Shown: positions 26,204-39,800 of the stretch, piece by piece
Layout: each line of letters starts with the position of its first letter
Position numbering within the stretch: the first letter of the stretch is position 1
IMG/VR virus record: IMGVR_UViG_3300045988_120991
Coordinates: 32,001-96,000 of that record
Length of the DNA stretch: 64,000 nt
DNA from: a virus
Reading direction: 5' to 3' (one strand)
Program-made: the position numbers and the translations under genes
The notes under the pieces: generated by a model
Told to the model about the DNA's origin: nothing
Databases searched by the model: none
Seen by the model: the letters and a program-made list of their open reading frames with translations, nothing else

Positions 26204-26698
26204 ATGAGGATATTAAGTTTTGACCAGTCAACACGCATTACTGGCTGGTGTTGGTTTGATAAAAATAAATATGTTGATAGCGGCGTTATTGACCTTCATA
26301 AAATTACGGATACAAGTGAAAGGTCAAAGGCAATGGGTTTAGAAATATGTAAATTAATTGAAAGTTTTATGCCAGATTTAGTTGTAATAGAAGAAGTACA
26401 ACAGCAATCAAATGTGGATACAGTAAAAAAATTGGCGCGAATTCAAGGCATGGCTATAGGTTTTGCAACTGCTCACAAGATAGATGTGAAGATTTTGGAG
26501 CCTTCTAAATGGCGTTCAAAACTTGGTTACAAACAAGGTAGGGGTGTTGAGCGTAAAGAACTCAAGAAGCAAAGTATTGATTTCGTGAAGAAAAAATTTG
26601 GGTTCGAGTATTCAGAAGATAGATGCGAAGCTATTTGCATTAATGTGGCTATGCAAAGAATTTTAGGTATATCAAAAGATATTGACATTGAAAACTAA
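26204..26698 (+). CDS. ruvC: RuvC-like Holliday junction resolvase (164 aa)
   Basis: MRILSFDQSTRITGW (catalytic Asp context), LVVIEEVQ (catalytic Glu context) and SEDRCEAICI (C-terminal acidic pair context) match the RuvC/phage RuvC-like resolvase layout. Confidence 0.75.
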   Translation: MRILSFDQSTRITGWCWFDKNKYVDSGVIDLHKITDTSERSKAMGLEICKLIESFMPDLVVIEEVQQQSNVDTVKKLARIQGMAIGFATAHKIDVKILEPSKWRSKLGYKQGRGVERKELKKQSIDFVKKKFGFEYSEDRCEAICINVAMQRILGISKDIDIEN

Positions 26699-26746
26699 CG
26701 ACTAAGGTCGGTTTATATAAAATTTATTTACATGGAGGAGTTATTT

Positions 26747-27304
26747 ATGAAGATTAATGAATTTTTAGATGTAGTTAATGCTAACAAGGCAAAATTGTAC
26801 AACAAAGCAAACAAAAATGCTTTGTCTGATTTTATTAAACAAACATTGAATGTAAAAGAATATTTACCAATTATAGATAAGCAGCATCTTGCCAAAAGAG
26901 TTATTGATGTTTGCACATTTGAAGAGAATGGAGTAATCAAGGTTGATTCATTCCAGAAGTATTTCTTATTTACCATTAATGTGCTACAGATGTATACGGA
27001 TTTAGAGTTTGATGTAGAGGGAGATATTTATGGTGAATATGATGAACTTTGTGCATGTGGTTTGTTAGATGAAATTCTTGGAACATTTAACGAGGATTAT
27101 GAACGTGCAAATACGGTGTTAAATATGCTTTATGCAGACATGATTGAAAACAATAACAGTGTTGCAAATCTTATAGGAAGCGCAATGAGTAGTGTGTCTG
27201 CTAGTGTAGATAGTTTAATTCATAGTCTTTCTGAAAAAATTTCAGAAATGAATACTGATATTAGCAATGAAGACATTGTTAAACTACAAAATTTCCTGAA
27301 GTGA
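26747..27304 (+). CDS. acidic protein upstream of the tape measure gene; possible tail assembly chaperone
   Basis: ATG 26747 lies 8 nt after GGAGG. The protein is acidic and helical and sits two genes before the TMP. No G/GT-type frameshift extension is possible (see rejected items). Confidence 0.4.
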   Translation: MKINEFLDVVNANKAKLYNKANKNALSDFIKQTLNVKEYLPIIDKQHLAKRVIDVCTFEENGVIKVDSFQKYFLFTINVLQMYTDLEFDVEGDIYGEYDELCACGLLDEILGTFNEDYERANTVLNMLYADMIENNNSVANLIGSAMSSVSASVDSLIHSLSEKISEMNTDISNEDIVKLQNFLK

Positions 27305-27315
27305 GGTGATTGTGT

Positions 27316-27810
27316 ATGGATGCAGCTATAAAGAAACTCATCGACCAAATGCGAAAAGATACTCAGGAAAATATTCGTAGGATTATGAGAGAAGCAGCAC
27401 GACAAGCCAGAGGAGATTTTGAAAGAGAAGCAAAACATCACATTGATAAATATTATTCTGAATGTGACCCATGGCCAGATTACAAAAGAACGTACACGCT
27501 TCGTGATTATGGTTACAGTCCATACACATTATGGAACAAAAATAAAGTGCAGGCGGGAGTACGTTTTACCGATAGAGATGCAGATTTCTCGTCTAGATAT
27601 GGAAGAGATATTAGCCCTGATGATGGTTGGAGAACTGGAATTGGTGGAATTGTTATGAGTAATTTTATGATTGGTTCACATGGACGACCAGAATTAAGTG
27701 GAACTGTTAAGGGAGACCCTATTGGAGAAAGAATGGAAGATTTTGAAAGATTGTATGCATATAAAATGGATGCATATTTTACTTCACAGGGTCTTACTAG
27801 AATAATTTGA
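27316..27810 (+). CDS. hypothetical protein immediately upstream of the tape measure gene (164 aa)
   Basis: ATG 27316 lies after GAGGTGA. No motif recognised with confidence. Confidence 0.45.
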   Translation: MDAAIKKLIDQMRKDTQENIRRIMREAARQARGDFEREAKHHIDKYYSECDPWPDYKRTYTLRDYGYSPYTLWNKNKVQAGVRFTDRDADFSSRYGRDISPDDGWRTGIGGIVMSNFMIGSHGRPELSGTVKGDPIGERMEDFERLYAYKMDAYFTSQGLTRII

Positions 27811-27821
27811 GGTGATATATT

Positions 27822-30800
27822 ATGGGTAAAAGAGGTCCCAGCGCACAGTATGCATATGGAATTACCATTGAAGCTGGTAATTATAATGAAGTAATAAATG
27901 GTTTTGAAAAAAGATTAAAGGATTTAGATAAAGTTACAAAAACTACTACTGCAACTTTTGCGGCTTTAAGCGAAGCAATGAAGTCTGGTAAGCGGGTTGA
28001 TTTTAGTAAGGCAGAAGGTCAGCTTACAGGTCTTGTTGCAGAAATGGAAGAAGTTGCTAAGTGGAGAGAACAATTGGCTGGTGGTCAGAAGCTTAGTGAT
28101 ATGTTTGATGGACTTGAACAAGTTAAGCAGAGCTTGGGTCAAGTTACAGGTCAACTTGACAAGTTTGGAGATAATATTGAAGAAATTTTTAGTATCTTGC
28201 AAAGTGTTCCTCAGAATACATCTAAAACATTTGTTGATATTAGAAAGGTTCTAAGCCAAACAGCTTCTGATATGAATAAAATTATAGCAGAACTTAATAA
28301 CCCTACTGAAAAAACTGATGTTTCTGGTTTAAAGAATCAGTTATCTAGTCTTGCTACGGATTTTGTTAATGAATGGAATAAGGCAGCCGCACAAGGTATT
28401 AAGATGGATCAGGTGGTTGATTTTAAACCTTTTGCAAATATAATAAAAACGGCTATAAATGGTGCAAGAAGCCTTGGCACCGAGTTTAATGATGTTTCAG
28501 CGTCTGTAACAGAAGCTACGAAAAATGTTGTTGCATTATATAATGTGAAGCATCCAACTGGTATGTTTAAAGATTTGGCGTCTGGCATATCCAATGTTGG
28601 AACGCAATCTAAAAAGACAGAACAGACCGTTGTTAAATTTAGTTCTGCGTTTAAGGCTGCAATTAGTATTGTTGACAAGTTTAGTAAGTCTGATATGGGT
28701 CTTTCCAAGAAGAACAAGGAAATGGACGAATTCTTGGCAAAACTTAAGAATCCAGAGATTACTATTGATTTAAAAAATAAAGAGGTAGAAGAAGAGTTTT
28801 ATAAATTAGCAGATATATATGACGATATTGTTGGTGCTAATAATATTACTCCAGAATTTTTAAAGAATTTGCCGATTGACAAACTCAAAGAGCTTGGATC
28901 AACATTGCAAAATATAATTGCTATGGGGAAAGAGTTTCCAGAGTTTATTAATACCGATGAGGATAATGAGGTATCAATACTAGATGCATATGGATCCGAT
29001 TTAAAGAAAGTAATTGAGGGAATCAAAGCACTATTAGATGAAGCGAATGCTCAAATAGCGGAATCTGTAAAAACGCTTAAGAGCCAACTTGAAGCACTTG
29101 GCTTAAAAGATATTGAACTTGATGTAAAGCTGGTTGATTTAACTGGCGATAAGGTTCAAGAATATGTAAATCAATTAAATCAGTTTGTTGATGATTTAAC
29201 AGGTCAACTTAAAAATAAGGGAGCTATAGAATTACCAGTAAACATTCAGATGCCCGGCATAACTCCTGATAACGCGGATTCTAAAAAGGCAAAAGATGTT
29301 ATTAGTGCCGCGATGGACGAGTACAGTGAAATTGCAAAGGATGCTAGCAAAGAAGCTACAAAAAATGCAAAAGGTAAAGCTATGTCCAAAATTATTAGTG
29401 GTGCATTTGGCTCAAATGAGAACTTGGACTTATATTTAAGTTATATTAAACAGCAGTTTAGTAAGATCAGAGAAACTGTTAGACAACAAAAAAAAGAAAT
29501 TCAAGATATGCTCTCTTTGGATTTCACTTGGAATAAAGGAGAAGCTAGTAATAGTTTTTCAAATCTTTTTGTTGAACTACAGGATTATTTTGCAGACCCT
29601 GAAAATGCAATAAAAGTTGAAATTGATAGTACTTATTTAAAAGATGGTATTAAAAACGCATTTAAAGATGCTGGGGGAATTGATTTAAAACTACCTTCTA
29701 GCGGTACTCCTATGGATCAATCTCAACTTGCTGCTGCTATAATTTCTGCATTTAGAGGAACTTTACCTACTGGTAGACAATCTTCTACACCAGTAACAAA
29801 ACAAACGACAACTTCTTCTAGCGCGTCTCCAGTAACAGAAGCAGACGTAAAGGATAGATTTGTATTTAACATAAAAGAGTTTATGTCTAAATATAGTGGA
29901 GAATTATCCGAGGGACTAAATCAAACATTAGAAAATATTGTTAATTCTGTAAGAGACGTTGCAAAAACTGCTAATGGCAGTAAAGTAAATCAAGAAGTTC
30001 GTGCAAAAATTCAAGCTGCGTTTGGTTCACTTGATTTATCTAAAGTTGCAGAAATGACAAACGAAGAAATTATTTCGTGGGTTCAAAATGCATTACTAAA
30101 GGCAGACGAATCTGGAAGAGCTATTGGTGCAGATTTACCAAAAGCTTTAGATAATACAAAGGTTTCTTGGAAGAGCGTATCTAATTTTACCAACGCTTTA
30201 AATCAACTCTTTATAAAAATAGAGAATGAAACAAGAGATGTAGAACAGGCCGCTAATGAAAGAAATAAAGTTGCTATTCTAAAAGATTTTGGTTATAGAG
30301 CAAGGGCAATTGATTCGAAGAGTGCCGTTGTAAGAAAGCTAGGTAAGGGTGAAGTAGATACAGACTTCTTAAAATCGCAAATGGAGAGGCTACAAAGTGT
30401 AAAGGCTTATAAAGATAGTCTCGGAGAAGAAGGTAGTAAAATAGTCAAGTGGTTAGATAGTGCAATTGCAATATATCAAAAATTAATAAATATAAGTAAT
30501 GGCACAACCACATTTAATACGGAAGCAGAAAAGCAAGAAGAAATTACGAAGCTTAGAGATGAGCTTTCTAAAATTAGAGTGTCTGACGATAAGAGTCTAA
30601 TAGAAACTCTTTCTGGTGAGATAACTGTATCTAAGAAGTATAAAAATGGAACAAAAAGTAGAGGTCAAAGAAAAGGGTTCACTGGAAGTTCTAGAAGTTT
30701 AGAAAAGGCTCTGTCTCTTATTGAAAAGACCGGTGACGACGGTGTAATCACTATAAAATTCACCTCGGGTCCAAATGATAAGGCATTTAAAGAATGGATA

Positions 30801-33800
30801 GAGTCAGAAAATGAGTATGGCAGAACTGTTAATACACTTAGACGTTCAAAGGACAATAATCTAAGAGGCGAAAGTAAATCTTCGTTGATAAGCCCAAGAG
30901 AAGATAGAGAGCGTTTGCTCGACCAAAAGATAGACTTTAAACCATTTTCGCAATCTAGAAAGCCGATTGATTGGGATGAATATAAAAATGACCTTCAAAG
31001 AAGATTGCAAGAAAATGAAGAGGCTTTAGCCGAGCAGCAAAAAATCGTTGATGAAGCAAGAAAGAATCTAACGTCTGCTAAGAGAGCGGTTTCATCTTCA
31101 TCTAAAAAAGTCTATAGTGGTTCTGGCGATATAAATGATGAATGGATTGCTAAAGAGGAAGATATATTGAAGTTGGCGACAGAAGATAAAAATTCTGGTC
31201 TAAACGATAAGTCAATAAAACAGTTATCTAAATTAGTAAAAAGCTCATATAGTAAAGATTCTAAAAGTTTCAAAAAGGCGTATGCAACCGCTCAAAAGGA
31301 CTTAGAATCTTTAATGTCAAAAGAGGCGACGGAAGATAATATTGCACAAGTTAAGTCTTTATTAGATTTTATTAATAGTTTGAATAGAGCTGCTGAAAAT
31401 TACACGTCTGCTGCTAAATATGTGGATGAAAAATTTGTTATAAACGAAGAAATTGACAAATCATTATTTGAAAGTGCGTCTAAAAGAGTCAGTGATGCCG
31501 GTGAAATAAAAGTAAAATCTAAGAAATACAAAGGGACAGGACTTCCACAAACTAATGTTAGCAAACTGGTTTCTGGAATTAAAAGAAAAGAGTCTATCGA
31601 GGAGTTTTCCAGTTATAGTTCTGCGTATCAAGAGCATATCAAGTCTTTGCTAGATAGTGCTTTGACTGATTTAAAAGAAACAATGCAGGGCAAAGATACT
31701 TCGGCAAACAGAAAAAAGATACAAAGTATACTTCAATATATTGATAATTTGAAGAGACAGTTTGACCAATTTAAAGAAATAGAACAGAAAATATATGAAG
31801 CATATAATTTTGGTAAAACTAAAAAAGATGTCAAATTTGAAAATCTTTCTTCTGTTGATAATATTATAGAAAATTATAAAACAGGGAAAGAAGTTTTACA
31901 AAGAAAAATCGAAGAGATAGATCAGCAGCTTGCGTATTTAGACCAACAAAAGGGTAATATAAAGCATTATACAGATGAACAAAAAGCCATAGCTAAGCTC
32001 CAACTAGATGCTTCAAATTATTATTCTGGAATATCTAAAGTAAAGCAGCTTGAATATAATTTTAATAATGCGCAAACAGAGCAAGAGAAAGAAAAGTTTG
32101 CACAATTATTGCAATCTGCTAAATCTCAAAATGCTAATGATGCTTCAAAAAATATTGGCAATGTAATAAAATTTATAGAAGAATTAGAGAGTAAATTGTC
32201 TGACAAAAACATATCGGAGCAAGATAGAAATACTCTTTCGTCCGTGTTACAAGAAGCTCAAAGTTTATTTAAAGAGCTAAATGTTGCTAATGTTACTGGG
32301 AAGACACCGTTATTTCAGATGTCTCAGTCTAGATACGAAGACATAATTGCAGACAATAGTGCCGAAGCAGAAAGAATTGCAGAAGCAGAGAAAAAAGCAT
32401 TAGCTAGAAGAGCGAAAGTTGTTGAAAAGCTAAATGATTTTGAAGCAAATTCTCCTGGTGCTGAAGCACTACGTAGAGCTTCTTCGGTAAAATCAGGAGA
32501 AAGCTATAGAAGTAAATCTATTTCTACCCAAATAGACAAAACAAATGCACAATCTGTTTTTAATGAGTCTGAAGAAAAATTGCGTGTATTAGAGAAAGAA
32601 AAAGAGGCACTTCAGGCAGAAAAAGAAAAAGTAGCAGAAAAAAAGAAGTACAATAATTTGTTAATTCAAGAAAAAAAATTAAAAGAAGAAATTGCTGCCG
32701 CAGATAAAGCTGGTGTATCTAGCGAAGAGAAAAAGATCGAATTAACAAAACTACAAGAAAAAATTGCAAAGCAAGAGAAAAAACTTGGAATAAACTTTGA
32801 AGAAGTAAGCCCATCAATGACAAAAGAAAAGGCTTTTGATAAAGCTTCTGAATATGATGCTCAAGAGAAATTACTTCGTAGTCAGGTTAAAGCGCTTGAA
32901 TCAAAAGTGGAAAGTGCGCAAGAGTTAATAAATAGCCTTACTGCTAGAGGGTTTAATTCTGCAAAAGGGGAAGCTGAACTTAGAAGGTTCACTAATGATA
33001 GAGTTGCAGATTTTAGAAGCAGTGATTATTTTAGAACAAAAAAAGATGAAATAAGAGATAAGTATCTTAAGGGTGTATATAAAGAAGACGGTACGCTTGA
33101 TAGCAGTGATAGTCTAGAAGGTAAAATACGAGAACTTGCCGATAAATATTCAAAGGATATAGATAAAATATTCTTTAATATAGCAGATGTAAAAGAAGGC
33201 AACGCGCAAGAATTTCTTAGCGGACTCATTGGAGATCAGACCAGGTTCTCTAATGCTTTTAAGGGCAACAATGATGTTGGGCAGAAGTTTATGGCCGATT
33301 ATGAAGAATTTAAATCTTTCTATTGGGAATTAATTAAAGAAGAAGAAAGTAAGGTCGTAGACGATTATAAGAAGTCTATAAAAGTAGATAAGCATAATGG
33401 GACCGTTTCGTATACTTCTTATGATGGAGATACTATCCAAGAGGTTGTTGTAGATTTAAAGAGTCAAATAATTCAAGGATTAAAGGAACAAATAGAGGCA
33501 GAACTTATGCCGACTCTTTCAGAAAAGACTGGTTTATTAGGAAGAGTTTCCGATTCAAAAAAACAAGCACTAGATTTTGCTGGTCTTAAAGAGTCCGATA
33601 TAAGAAATATAGATGTGGATAGCAAAATAGCTAGTCTTAAGTCTGATATTGAAGGTCTAAAATCAACAAACATATCTGCAAAAGATAGAGATATAGAAGG
33701 CGCAAAACAAAGAGATTTAGAACGTCAAAAAAGTATTATAGAAGAGATAGAAAGTGTAAATAGTAGAATAACATATAATGAAATAGATCAGATTAAGCTT

Positions 33801-36800
33801 GTGAGAGAACTGAATGCTGAAAAAGAAAATTATCTCAAAAGTATAAATAAAGATGGTTCGAAGTCTGATGCTGGTAAGATTGCTATAGAGAGACTAAAAA
33901 CGAACGCTACGGCAGAATATGTAAATAGTGATGCTTATAAATCACAAGTTGAAGCAATAAATAATAAGTATTATGGCAAGGGAGAAAATGGTAAATCACT
34001 ATTTGATGAGAGTATTGATAAGATTGTACCGAAATATAAAGATGCTATTTATCGTATTTTATCTAACACTTCTAAATATACAGAAGAAGAAATTGATGGA
34101 TTTTTAAAACTTATTCAAGATAATCCAGAGTTATATTCTAGTAGCGATGCATATTTTAAATTAGGAAAAACGAAAAATGCAGAAATGGCAAAAACTCTTT
34201 CAGACAATAGTGAAAGAGTGTGGTCTAACCTTGTTAGAGAATATTCTTCAATTAAAGGATTTGTAGAGGACGGAATAGAAAGAGATATTAAGGCTTTAAT
34301 TAAAAATTATAGAGACTCATTTGAAATAAATAATGATAACAATACAGTATCATATACTTCATATGTAAACGGTAAGGCAGAAAATGTTGTTAGAAATTTA
34401 AAAGAAACATTGCTATCTGTAATTAAACAAGAGATTGCGGATATATTATCTGGCAAAAATATTGACTCGATTGTAAATGATGTAGTTGGTAGTAAAGCAA
34501 AAGATTTATATAGTAAACGTAATTCTGCTACATATTTGCAAAAACAGTTAAAGGAGTTAGATGCTCAAAAACAAGTAATAGAATCTCGTATTGCAAGTGG
34601 CGCACTTTCTGAAGAAGACCAAAAAGAGGTAGACAAACAGTTAAAAGAAAAGAAAGCAATAGAAGATAAAATAGCTGTTTTGGAAAAAGAAATAGAGGCT
34701 TGGGAGTTTGTTAAAAAGGCAAGAGAAGAAGCAAGAGAATTAGATAAAAAAACCGACCAAGAAAGAGAAGCTACTGAACTTTCTAAGATTGAAAGATATG
34801 AGCAAAGCATTACAGAGAAGAAGGAAAAGCAAAGACAACTTCAAGAAGAACTAAATTTGCTTCGTGGAGAAGAAGTAAAAGATGTTGATACCATTGAAAG
34901 GAAAGAAAGTGAGCTTGAAGAGGTCACTAAGAAAATTACCGAACTAGAAGGAAAGAAGCAAAAATCCGAAGGTAGTCTTGGTAGAATTCGTGAAAGAATT
35001 GAGAATGCTCCAGTCGTATCTGAAGCTAGCTCTTCTGGTGGAGGTATACTTTCTCCCATTGTAAATCTTCTTACTGAAATTAGAGATATTTTGTCTAGAA
35101 TTTCTGGAGTTTCTGTAAAGAGTGGAGAAAGTGGCAAATCTGGTTCTGCTCCTAATTCTGGCGAAAAAACAAAGTCTGAAATAAATTCTATGCTTTCTAA
35201 GTATTGGTACAAGAAGAATGGTAAATCTGCTACACAAGAAGAATGGAAGCAGTTAAAACAAGATTATGTGGATGGAAAGCTAACAGACTTAGACGAGGTA
35301 TTGGCACAAGAGGTGCAGGCAAAAATTGAAAAAGAAAAGAAAGAAGACACAAAGCCTGTTGCAAAGAAAAACGATACAAAGAAGTCAGATGATAGATTTT
35401 CTAATATTCTTCGTCTTGCTGGGTTCAGAGATGAAAATAATAAGGCAATTCAACTAGCGTCGAAGTCTACTGACGAATTTTTAAGTGACGCACAAGCGTT
35501 ATATGATGATGTAAAAAATTGGTCTGGTGACAAAACATCTGATGAATATTTGGCCAAACAGCTTAGTCTGGGCAAAACATTAACGGCGTTGAGAAGTTCC
35601 TTACCAAGAACATATTCTGGAAAAAATGGATATACTAACGCAGAAGAATGGGCCAATTATTTATCCGAGAATGGTCTTTCTGGAGCAATGGAATCTTCTA
35701 TCAAAAACCAGAAGAATTTAAAGGCCGTTATTGAAAATGGCGTCACCGTTGTTGCTGAGGAAGTTGTTGAACAAGGTGTTGAAGAGGGCAAAAATGTTGC
35801 AGAAGAACCCAAACAAGAATCCACCTCTAAAAAACAAAAATATGCTGGTGGGCTAACCTGGTCTAAGGCGAAAGATGCTATTAAAAACGGAGCAAACAAA
35901 CCAGAAGATGGACTTTCGTTAGAGGAATATATTACTAAAGCTCAGTCTTTGTATAATGAAATAAATTCTTGGGTTGGGGAAAAGAATATAGAATACTTCT
36001 CTAAGAGACTTGAGCTTGGTTCTGTAATGCAAAAGGCTGCGGTCGCAGTAAAACAGGCAAATCCAGATAAAAAGTTTAAAAATACAGATTTGTATAATTA
36101 CTTTGCAAAACAGTACAACATGGAGAATGTCAATAGTCTTGCATTAACAGCAAAAAGACTTGATGGCAACAAAGAAATTATGGAAGCCTTGGCTGATGTT
36201 AAACCAGTAGATACAACTCCAGTAACTCAGTCGGTAGAGAACACTGACAATGCCGTCGTTGAACATGTGGCTGAAACTGCTAAGACTGTTGAAGAAGAAG
36301 TTAGGCAGACTGCTGAACAACAGAAACAAGTAGAATTAAGTAATGCAGAAAAGCTAAAACTCGCTAAAAAGGAACTTCAAAAACGTTTGGATGCTGCTAA
36401 GAGTATACAAGATGGCACAACGTTAAAAAGCAATAAAGTTATTGTTACGCATTCTGATGAATCAAAAAAAGGTGTAAAGTACTCATTAGACGAAAATATT
36501 GAATCAATAGATGAATTTGCCGAAGGAGTATGGAAACTGACAGAGGCGTTTAAGGATGGAGCAGACGCTGCAAATATTGAATATGGTTTTGCGACACAAA
36601 ATGGTAAGCGTATTCAGTTGGCAAAAGGCGATAATGATTCTGTAAACTTTACAAGATTCCATGGAGATATTGATTCTTTAACTCACTCACATTCGTACAC
36701 TAAAGGTGTAAACAATATGGTCTTCTCATTGGCGGATATTGACCAATTAGAAACATTAGGTACTAGAAATAATCTAAAGAGATATAATTTGATTTACGAC

Positions 36801-39800
36801 AATGAGATGATGTCATTAAATCTTGGCAAAAACAGCCAAGAAGCAGCAGAAGCTATTGCAGATTGTTATCCACAAATTAATGATGTTGTAATGGCTATGC
36901 TATCTAGAGAAGACGGTAATAGTATTCCTGCTGAAAATACAGAAGAAATGGCTCGTATTCTCAATGGATATCTGCAAAAGGTTGTTGAAGATGCTGGCGG
37001 TCGTTTATCGGTTGTTAATTCCAAAGGTGAAAATGTCACTTCTAAATATTCTATCACCGATGATGAGTATAACAAATTTAATAATGTTCTTGCCAAATTT
37101 CAGAGTTATTATGACAATAATTTTGGTTCAGTCAGTAAATCTGATCATGTATCAGTAATTAGACAGTATTTGTCAGAAGAGTTCGGTAAAGAATTCATGG
37201 CAAATATTACAAGTAAGAGCAATGCTAATCCTCATGGTGGACTTTATACAGAATTTTCAGCAATTCCAGAATACGACGATGAAGACAAAAAGATGCTAGA
37301 CTATGCAGAACAAGTTACTTTATATAGTAAAAAAATTGTTGCTGCAGAAAAGGCTTTTGTTGAATCTCTTCAAAAGATGTCCAACGAAGACCTTATGTCA
37401 TTCATTAATCAAGCCGAGGAAACACTTGGAGTAAAGAAGGAGCCAGAAGTTAAGCCTACTTTAACTAAGGCACAAATTGCTGCTTTAAATCCAGATGATG
37501 TTACAGCATTGCAAAAGGCATCAATCAAGCAATTCTCAAAGGTTCGTAATTGGAATGAGAATAATGTTGGGAATATTGAAGGATTCTTAGGTGCAGACAA
37601 TAAGACATTGGTTGCATATAAGACACAATTTGAAGAATTAGCCAAAATTGCCCTTGATTTAAAGGCAAAAGGTGAATCTGGTACTATTATAACTAAGGAC
37701 GATATCTCTCAATTAGATATTGCTATCTCTAAGACTAAAGAACTTCAGACTGCACTTACTAAAGAAGCTCAATTCAAACAGATGAAAGATGCTGGTCTGA
37801 TTGTAAGCGGTAAAACAAAAATAAAGTCTACTGATAGCTATAGTGAACGTCAAGATATAATGGCTCAATATGCCAAAAAGTATGCTGCTCAAAATAAGAG
37901 TGAATATCAATTTGGTCAATATGACTTCATTAATGATAAGATATCTTTTAATATGATTGATAGTGCAGGTCAGGTAACTAAGGTTATTATGGGCTGGAGT
38001 GATGCTTTTAATACTGCATATATTCAATCCTCAAAGTTGCAAGGTTCTTTAGATAAGATTACTCAAGAAGTTTACAAAACAGATGAAGCCATTAAAGCAG
38101 GAGAAGAATATGGATTCTTCCAAGAACAAAGCGAAGGAGTAAAAGCTTATAAAGATGCTCTGGCAGAATATGAAGCACAAGTAAAAGCTGTTGCTAAGAG
38201 TTCGCAAAAAGACTTGGCACAAAATTTTGAAGAGTTACATACGGCGCAAGAAAAAGCAATAAATGCTGGTAGGGATTTATTAGACAAACAAAAGGATGCT
38301 TATGGATTTAATAATGCTCAGAAAGTTCTCGGTAGAACTGGAGATGTCGATGCTGTTTTGCAGAATTATAGAGATCAAGGCATAAATGTTAATGACATTG
38401 AACTTGTTCGTAATTATAACGATGCAATGGGTGATTTAAACAAAAAAATTGAAGAACTGAAGAAAAACGGTAAACTTTGGGATGCCAATGAACAACCTGG
38501 ACTAAAGCTTTTAGCTGATCGTGCTATCGAAGCAGAAAAAGCACTATTAAAAGCAGATGAAGCACAAAGACAGTTAAACGGAGAAGTAATTAAAGGAAAA
38601 AATGCAAAATTCTTTGAGGGCATTAATCCTAATAATGTAGATCAAGTAAAACAGGCAATGGAGCAATATGCTAGGTCTATTAATGGTGTAGATGCTCAAA
38701 GTATTAAATGGAGTGAAGACCAAAAGACTCTTTCTTATAGTGTTAGAACTGGTAAACGCGAAGTTTCTGACTTTACAATTGGAGTAAAAGAACTTACAAA
38801 TGAGTTCTATGAGGCAAGAACTGGTACTAGGGCCGTTAAAACAGGAATGGAAGAATTCCTTGGTAGTATTGGTGACAAGTTCAAAGAAGTTGGTCGTTAT
38901 CTATTATCCTTCGGTAGTTTTTATCGTGTATGGGGTGAAATTCAAAAGGGTGTCACCTATGTTAGAGAAATAGACTCCGCATTGACAGAACTTAAGAAGG
39001 TTACTGATGAAACCGATGAAACTTATGCACAGTTCTTAAACACAATGTCTCAAACTGGTGCCGAGGTCGGAGCCACAGTGAAAGATTTAACAAATATGGC
39101 TGCAAACTGGGCAAGGCTTGGTTACTCCATTCAAGAGGCAGGTGAACTTGCTAAAAGTACTGCTGTTCTATTAAATGTATCTGAGTTTACTGATGCAGAT
39201 ACGGCGTCAAAGGCATTAATCAGTACTATGCAGGCATATGGATATGCCGCAGAAGATAGTATGCACGTTGTTGACGTACTTAACGAAATAGGAAATAATT
39301 TTGCGATTTCTAGCGATGGCATAGCAACTGCACTACAAGATTCTGCAAGTTCCTTAATGGCAGCCGGCAATAATCTTGAACAAAGTGTAGCAATGATTGC
39401 TGCAGCTAACAAAGTACTTCAGGACCCTAATTCTGTAGGAAGTGCGTTGCGTACAATTTCGCTAAGAATTAGAGGAACTAGCGTAAAAGTGTTAGAAGAG
39501 ATGGGCGAGGAAACTGATGGCGTTATCGAGAGCGTCAGTAAACTCCAAGCCAAAGTCAAAGGTCTAAGCGGTGTCGATATACTAACTGATACCGGTGCAT
39601 ATAAAGATACGTATACAATTATCAAAGAAATTGGCCAAGTATGGGAACAAATGAACGACATTAACCGTGCCGCGTTGCTTGAATTATTAGCGGGTAAGAA
39701 TCGTTCGAATGCAATGGCAGCCCTACTCACAAACATGGAAGACCTTGAGGGTGCGTATGAAGATGCTATGGCCGCACAAGGTTCGGCAGAAGCAGAGAAC

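Noticed and set aside
27241-27316. A canonical G/GT -1 programmed frameshift between the two small genes upstream of the TMP. The 27316 ORF is in the -1 frame relative to the 26747 ORF.
   Set aside because: The -1 frame has a TGA at 27307-27309, immediately upstream of the second ORF, so a shifted ribosome would terminate before entering it. No XXXYYYZ slippery heptamer is evident at the end of the first ORF, and the second ORF has its own RBS and ATG.
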